Shown here in pieces: positions 57,708 through 64,000 of a DNA stretch of 64,000 bases. How positions within the stretch are numbered: the stretch's first letter is position 1; each line of letters begins with the position of its first letter. The DNA is from Marsupella aquatica (lineage: Eukaryota; Plantae; Marchantiophyta): NCBI GenBank assembly GCA_973895155.1, contig OZ316893.1, positions 25,471,520-25,535,519 of the forward strand. The letters are read 5' to 3'. Below the pieces are notes generated by a model. The model saw only the letters and a program-made list of their open reading frames with translations, had not been told where the DNA came from and did not search any database. The translations under genes were made by a program, and so were the position numbers.

Positions 57708-59268
57708 ATGCCTGGGAGGTGACGAGGTTTTTTCGTGACAGGTTTTTTCCAGCGTTCATTGTCGATGGTACATTCGAAGTTTCGTCGCATGAAACTCAAA
57801 TGTGTGTGGCTGTGCGGATAGGTTAGTGAGAGGGCTTTCTAACGGTGGTTAGAACTCGCTGATCGGTATCCGTGGTGCGGAGGAATCGAAGTTTGCGTCG
57901 TTCAGGTTTTATTCGTGTTCGACGGTTTTTTGGGGGAGAGACCAGAGTTTGTGTTTTCAACAGTGTAAGCTGTGCGGTGCGGGAGGCGTCGCATGTTGTA
58001 GCTCAAGTTGAAGGTTGAAGCAAGCTGGTCGTTTTGGTAGCTGGATTGTTGCCGAGTTGTTACCGAGTGCGACGTGACGAGTGATGGAGGCGTTCAGAAT
58101 TTTTCACAAGCTATGGAGCTTGTTCTCATCTGAATCGGGTTTCTCTTCGTGACGTCCGACTCGGTGGAAGAAACGCGAAGTGCTACGGCTTAACGGTTTG
58201 ATCGCGGCGAAGCGGTCGTTTTGAGTCCGGGATTGGCACTTGACGCAGAGTGAGTGTGACGCAGCGGAATTTTTTTTCTCTGCTGGAGCTGTAGACTATG
58301 CTGGTGCAATTCAACAACATTTCCCGTCGGCGGCGTTCACTTTACTCGTGAGAAGCAGCGGCGTTCAAGGTGTGTAAACGGCTTTTTTGTTTTAAAGTCA
58401 AATCTTGGCTTAGGTTAGGGCCACTTTTGGTGTGTATACACACCCTCCCGACCCTTGGTCCCCCATCGTTTCCCCTTGTACGCCCGACCCCCCCGCACCT
58501 TGTTTTCCCCTCATCCTTCAGCCGCGGCGACGAGCTGCGCAACACCGGCCGGCGCTTTTCGCGCGCTCATATGCCCTACGCCATACCACGCCAGTCGCTG
58601 CCTCGGCCCCGCCCTGACGTCGTATGGCCGGCCCTGCATGTGTACGCGGCTGCGTATGCATCCGCTCTATCACCGCCCTAGTAACCCCAGGGCGTACTCC
58701 CGGCCTTACGCCCTTCGGGCCCGCCCGTTTATACTGTATTTTTTGGTTAGGGGCTTAAGCACCCCCTTTAGGGCCATTTTTTTGCCCTCTTTTTTCCTCC
58801 TTATTGGTTTCCTTTTGTGCCGGGACCTGCCGCCCTCCGTTTTAACCGCTTGGACAGGGGGAACGGCCCCCTGTGAGACCTGCTGTACTGTGCGGGAATA
58901 TTCTCGAAAAACAGAGAGCTGTTTTTTGGCCGTCCGACAAAGATTCCGTCCGCCGAACGGTAACTTTTTTGGTTCTTTTTCGGTGAGGACGTTGCCACTG
59001 GAGTTAGCAACGCGGCGCACCGATCACATCGCGATTCCGATGACGGGTTGTACTGGGTATTTTGGTTATTCTCCGAGGTGGTCAAAACAGGGGAGTTTCC
59101 CAAGGTTTTACCCACCCCGACTGAAATTTGAATAACTTTTTCGTCGAATTTTGATTTTGATTTTGGCTTTCAGAATTGGACTCCTAGCTTCGTGGGCTAC
59201 GTGGCGGTGTTGAGTTTTGAGTCTTATGAGAAGTTTCAAAAAAAGACGTTTTTTTGTGACTGTTTCAT

Positions 59269-62200
59269 ATGAGTGACTCGGAGGATACTGGAAGAATTGG
59301 CGTCGGTGGAGCTTCAGGATCGCGACGGTCAGACGGTGAGTCTGAGGAGGAGTTGCTACCGTTTGAGGAAGAACTAGTGACACCGGTACGATCACCGGTG
59401 CGGCGTGCAGTGGAGGAAGCTGTGATACTACCAGAGCTGTTGGTAGTAGGGAAGAAGAGGGAGATGGCTAGATTTGGAGGAGTAAAGTTTGAGGTGGAGA
59501 AGTACGATGGTCGTACTGATTACTTGCTGTGGGAGAAGCAAGTGAAGGGTGTCCTTCGGGCCATGGGCTTAGCTCATCTGCTCTCTTCGCGAGAGCAGTA
59601 TGATGGAGAGGAGGAGATTTCTGTGAGACAGTGGAGACAGGAGCAGGTGATTGCTGTCAATGCAGTGATGCTATATCTCAAGTCGCACATCATCAAGCAA
59701 CTGGATGATTATGCGGATTGCGCGTCACTGTTCAAGGCTCTTAGAGAGAAGTACTACCGGGAAGATGCGTCAAACCGGCTATACAAGAAGTCTCTCTTGA
59801 TGAGCCTTAGGCTCAAGGAAGGGAGCAAGATGCAGGATCACCTAGATGAATTTGACAGTCTTGCGGTGGATCTGTCAAACCTGGGAAAATGAGTTGAAGA
59901 TGAGGATAAGGCCTTGCTTCTGCTAAGCTCCTTACCGCCGTCTTATCAAGGCTTGAAACAGGTTCTCTTGTACAGAGATTTGAAGTCCATTTCGTATAAT
60001 GAGGTGGTGAGCTCATTACTGTCTGATGATGCTCAGAAGAAGCTGGGTCTATCACAGACAACATCTTCTTCTGGCACTGCGCTCAATGTGAATAGGGGAA
60101 GAGCAGCGCAACGCACAAATGGACAGAACAGGTTTAGATCTACATCACGAGGGAGATCTAAATCCAGAGGGAAATCGCAAGAGAGGAAGCCTCTTGCATG
60201 TTGGAATTGTGGCAAGCCTGGCCACATGAAAAGGGATTGTCGAGTAAAGGTCCATACTGCCTCTGCTAATGCGGCATCGAGCTCGCATGAGGTAGATTTA
60301 CTCGATGATGATGACATATTATGATGTCAAAGTTATGCTCTCAACGTAGTGTCAAATCCAGGTAAAGATGACTGGATTCTAGATAATGCATGTACTTTTC
60401 ACATTTGCTCTAGAAGAAATTGTTTCAGTTCTTACACGGTTTCCAACGGGTCAGTGTTGATGGGAAATGGAATCCCATGTCAAGTTGTTGGACTTGGATC
60501 TGTAAGATTTCAGATGTTTGATGGTGTTGTGAGAACGTTGAGGAATGTGAGACATATTCCCAGCATGATGAAAAATCTCATTTCACTTGGAGTTTTAGAA
60601 GCAAATGGCCATCAGTGGAGCTCTGCTAATGGTGTCCTTCAGGTTTCAACTGGTACTAAAGTTGTATTGAAGGGAAAGAGACATAGCAATCTATACGTTT
60701 TTGAGGGCAGGGTAGTTTGTGATGAAGCCAATGTAACCTTATCTCATGAGGAGACGGCCCGGCTGTGGCACTTCTGTTTGGGCCACATAAGTGAAAAAGG
60801 TTTGGTTATTCTTTAGAAGAAAAAATTACTTTCTAATTTGCAATCTTGTAAGTTGGAATTTTGTGAGCACTGTGTGCTAGGGAAGCAGCACAGGAAACCC
60901 TTCAGAGTTGGAACTCACACCAGCAAGGAGGTACTTGAGTATGTACATAGTGATGTGTGGGGCCCCTACTCCCTCACATTCTGGACGGTTATACTATGTC
61001 ACGTTCATAGACGATTACTCAAGGTATGTGTGGATATACTTTCTACACAATAAGTCTGATGTTTTTGCCACTTTTAAGGAGTGGAAAGCCCAAGTTGAGA
61101 ATGAGACTGGTAATAAGGTGAGATATCTTCGATCGGATAACGGCGGTGAATACAGTTTTGCGGAATTTGGAACGTATTGTAAGGAGCAGGGGATTACCCG
61201 CCATCTCACAACAAGTTACACTCCTCAGCAGAATGGTGTTTCTGAGAGACTCAACCGAACACTATTGGACCGCTCGAGGAGTATGTTAAGTCAATCATGC
61301 TTACCACATGAGTTTTGGGCTGAAGCTGTCAGCACTGCAGCTTATTTGGTAAATTTTTCTCCATCCAGTTCTATTGGATTCAAGACGCCATTTGAAATGA
61401 GGTACGGGCGTCCAGCAGATTACTCACATCTGAGAATTTTTGGATGTGATGCTTATGTGCTTACACCTTCCCAGCTTTGATCCAAGCTGGAGTCCAAGTC
61501 GAAGAAGTGCATTTTCCTTGGCTATCAGAAAGGTGTTAAGGGTTATAGGTTATGGGATCCAGTAACCTGTAAACTAATTGTCAGTAGAGATGTGTCCTTT
61601 AATGAATCCAGATCATCAAAGGAGGGGGAGAGTTCTCAGGACTCCCATACTGACAAGGGGAAATCTCCCATCCCGGACCCGGTTGAGGGGGAGATTAGTC
61701 ATGATGTTGTTCATGACAAGAGAGATGGAGGAGCTCCGGGCTTGGAGCTGGTTCCTGTGATGGAACAAGAGGAGCAGATTGTTGCTGGGGTACCTCAAAT
61801 TCAACCAACAGCAGCAGCAGATCAGCCTGAGTCATCTACTAGAAGAACTTCCAGTCGTTCTACTAGAGCTCCTACCAGGTATGGTCGATGGGCAGACTCA
61901 TCTAAGCTAGATGATATTGACATTGCACCTGATGAAGATGACATGGCTTTGATCTTGGAAGAAGGAGAGTCTTCTTCGTATAGTGAGGCTTGTGCTTCAG
62001 AGCAGAAGCATGAGTGGAATGCAGCAATGCAGAGGGAGTTGCAATCTTTGAGTGACAACAAGACATGGGAGCTGGTGGAGCTTCCAAGAGGTCAGCAAGT
62101 GGTGGACAGCAAGTGGATTTACAAGTTGAAGGATAGTCCTTCAGAGGGTGGAGACAAGATCTACAAGGCAAAGCTTGTTGCCAAGGGATTCACTCAGGAG

Positions 62201-63541
62201 AAAGGAGTGGATTACAATGAGGTCTCTTCACCGGTTGCTAAGTATTCCACAATTCGGATCTTGTGTCAGCTTGTTGTGTTTTTTGGTCTGGTGATGGATC
62301 AGATGGATGTTGTTACTGCTTTTTTCTATGACAACTTGGAAGAGATGATCTTCATGAGACAGCCACTAGGCTTTATGAAGAAGGGCCAAGAGAACTTAGT
62401 TTGCAGATTGCTCAAGTCCTTGTATGGATTGAAGCAATCTCCCAGACAGTGAAACAAGCGGTTTGATGATTTCATGCTTGCTCAAGGTTTTACAAGGATG
62501 GTGTATGATCCTTGTGTGTATACAAAATCAGTCAAGAATAATGTAATTGGTTTCATCATTCTGGTGATTTATGTGGATGACATGCTGATTGTGGCTAAAG
62601 ATCAATCTGAGGTTGACAGTCTCAAGGAAAAATTGAGTGTTGAATTCAGGATGAAGGATCTTGGTAAGGCCAAGAGGATCTTAGGGATGGAGATTTTTAG
62701 GAACTCTGAGACTGGACAGTTGTGCTTGAGTCAAGGCCAGTATGCGAGGAAAGTACTTGCACGATTCAACATGGAAAACTGTAAGCCAGTGAGTATTCCT
62801 TTAGCTTCACATTTCAAGTTATCATCGGCTTTCTCTCCTACGGATGCTATGGAGAAAGGTCTGATGGCTAAGATTCCTTATGAGAAGGCAGTAGGCAATC
62901 TGATGTATTTGATGACTTGTACAGTTAGGCCTGACTTGGCCCTAGCGATGGGCAAGGTTTGCAGATTCATGTCAAATCCAGGGAAGGTACATTGGGAAGC
63001 TGTGAAATGGATTCTCAGGTATCTCAAGGGTACACAGGACTATGGATTACTATTTGATAACAGATCAGATAGAACGTTAGTTGGCTATGTAGATTCTGAC
63101 TATGGAGGCTATCTGGATACAAGGAGGTCTACAACTGGGTTTGTTTACACTCTTGGAGGAGGATGTATCAATTGGAAATCTACCTTGTAGAAGTGCATAT
63201 CTCAGTCTACTACAGAAGTAGAGTATGTTGTAACAGCAGAAGCAGTAAAGGAAGCAATTTGGTTGGATAAGTTGATCGCGGAGATGGGTTTAGAGCATGG
63301 AAAAATGACTCTAAACTGTGATAGTCAGAGTGCTCTTCACTTGGCTGCTAACCAGGTGATGGATAGCAGGGTGAAGCACATTGATATCAGGTACCATTTT
63401 ATCAGGCAAGCAGTGTCTGATAAAACTTTTGAGCTAGTCAAGATTGATGGAAAGCTCAATCCCGCTGATGCCTTTACCAAAGTGATTCCTTTGGAGAGTT
63501 TCTCAAGACATCGTGCTACTTTGCAGGTTTTGCAGTTGTAG
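59269..63541 (+). pseudogene. Disrupted copia gag-pol
   Basis: Gag (KFEVEKYDG), zinc knuckle CWNCGKPGHMKRDC, PR WILDNACTFH, IN (HSDVWGP, DNGGEY, PQQNGVSER), RT (KSLYGLKQSPRQ, YVDD), RNaseH (YVDSDY, CDSQSA); in-frame stops at 59890, 60322, 60814, 61478, 62450, 63188 and a frameshift near 60965. Confidence 0.95.
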
Positions 63542-63737
63542 TGCAAGTAGAGTTATTTAGCAATGTGTGACTATTTGTATATGGATTACTCATTCCTGTT
63601 AGGCTACGGCTTAGTTCTAGTTAACCCTTAGTTAACCCTTGTGGTTTTTAGGGGGAGACCTGGTTTGGTGATTGTCTAGAACTTCCCGTTGAGGAATCCA
63701 TATGGTAGCATTTAGTCCAGTCCCCAAGACAAGAGTC

Positions 63738-63746
63738 AAGGGGGAG
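63738..63746 (+). other. Polypurine tract
   Basis: aagggggag just before the 3' LTR. Confidence 0.85.
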
Positions 63747-63748
63747 TT

Positions 63749-64000
63749 TGTTAGATATTGCTCTAGTCTTGTGACTCATGAGCTAACCACAATTAGTCTA
63801 ACTCGGGTTAGGACTTAGCTAATGTTAGCGGTAGTGCATATAGCCAGGGCTGATGCCAGACCCTGGTGGAACAAAGGCTCATTGTTATGGAGCTAGTTGA
63901 GAGATAGGAAGAGCTTGTGTTGTGGATGCTTGGTATGGCCGGTCGGCCTAGAGTGCAGTAAAGCTCTTGTATGTTCCCGTGGACGTAGCCTCATGTGGAG
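63749..64000 (+). repeat. 3' LTR (partial)
   Basis: Near-identical to the sequence starting at 57350. Confidence 0.95.

Larger units (their letters stand above)
57350..64000 (+). mobile_element. Ty1/copia LTR retrotransposon, 3' LTR truncated by the window edge
   Basis: Paired LTRs, tRNA-iMet PBS, PPT, domain order gag-PR-IN-RT-RNaseH. Confidence 0.97.

Noticed and set aside
58370-59135. 226-aa and other ORFs in the copia leader as an extra gene
   Set aside because: Pro/Arg-rich translations of GC-rich DNA, open in several frames, with no recognisable domain

Overview
Eukaryotic, intron-rich land-plant genomic DNA, probably a bryophyte such as a liverwort (inferred from gene content and style, not proven). 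In order, the window holds: the 3' part of an L-arabinokinase gene (ARA1-like); ~8 kb of repeat debris; a chloroplast AhpC/TSA (AAED1/PRXL2-like) gene preceded 98 nt upstream by a 72-aa single-TM ORF; a ~53-bp tandem array; a full PARP1; a pTAC16-like gene; an intronless SEN54-like gene; an intronless 252-aa ORF that looks fungal (candidate horizontal transfer), followed directly by a decayed duplicate of the pTAC16/SEN54 block; an intronless UDP-glycosyltransferase; and a young but nonsense-ridden Ty1/copia LTR retrotransposon cut by the window end. The best leads are the fungal-like ORF at a duplication junction, a ~400-bp inverted repeat pair bracketing the AAED1-PARP1 block, and the small TM ORF. 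Exon borders were read by eye and repeat coordinates are approximate.
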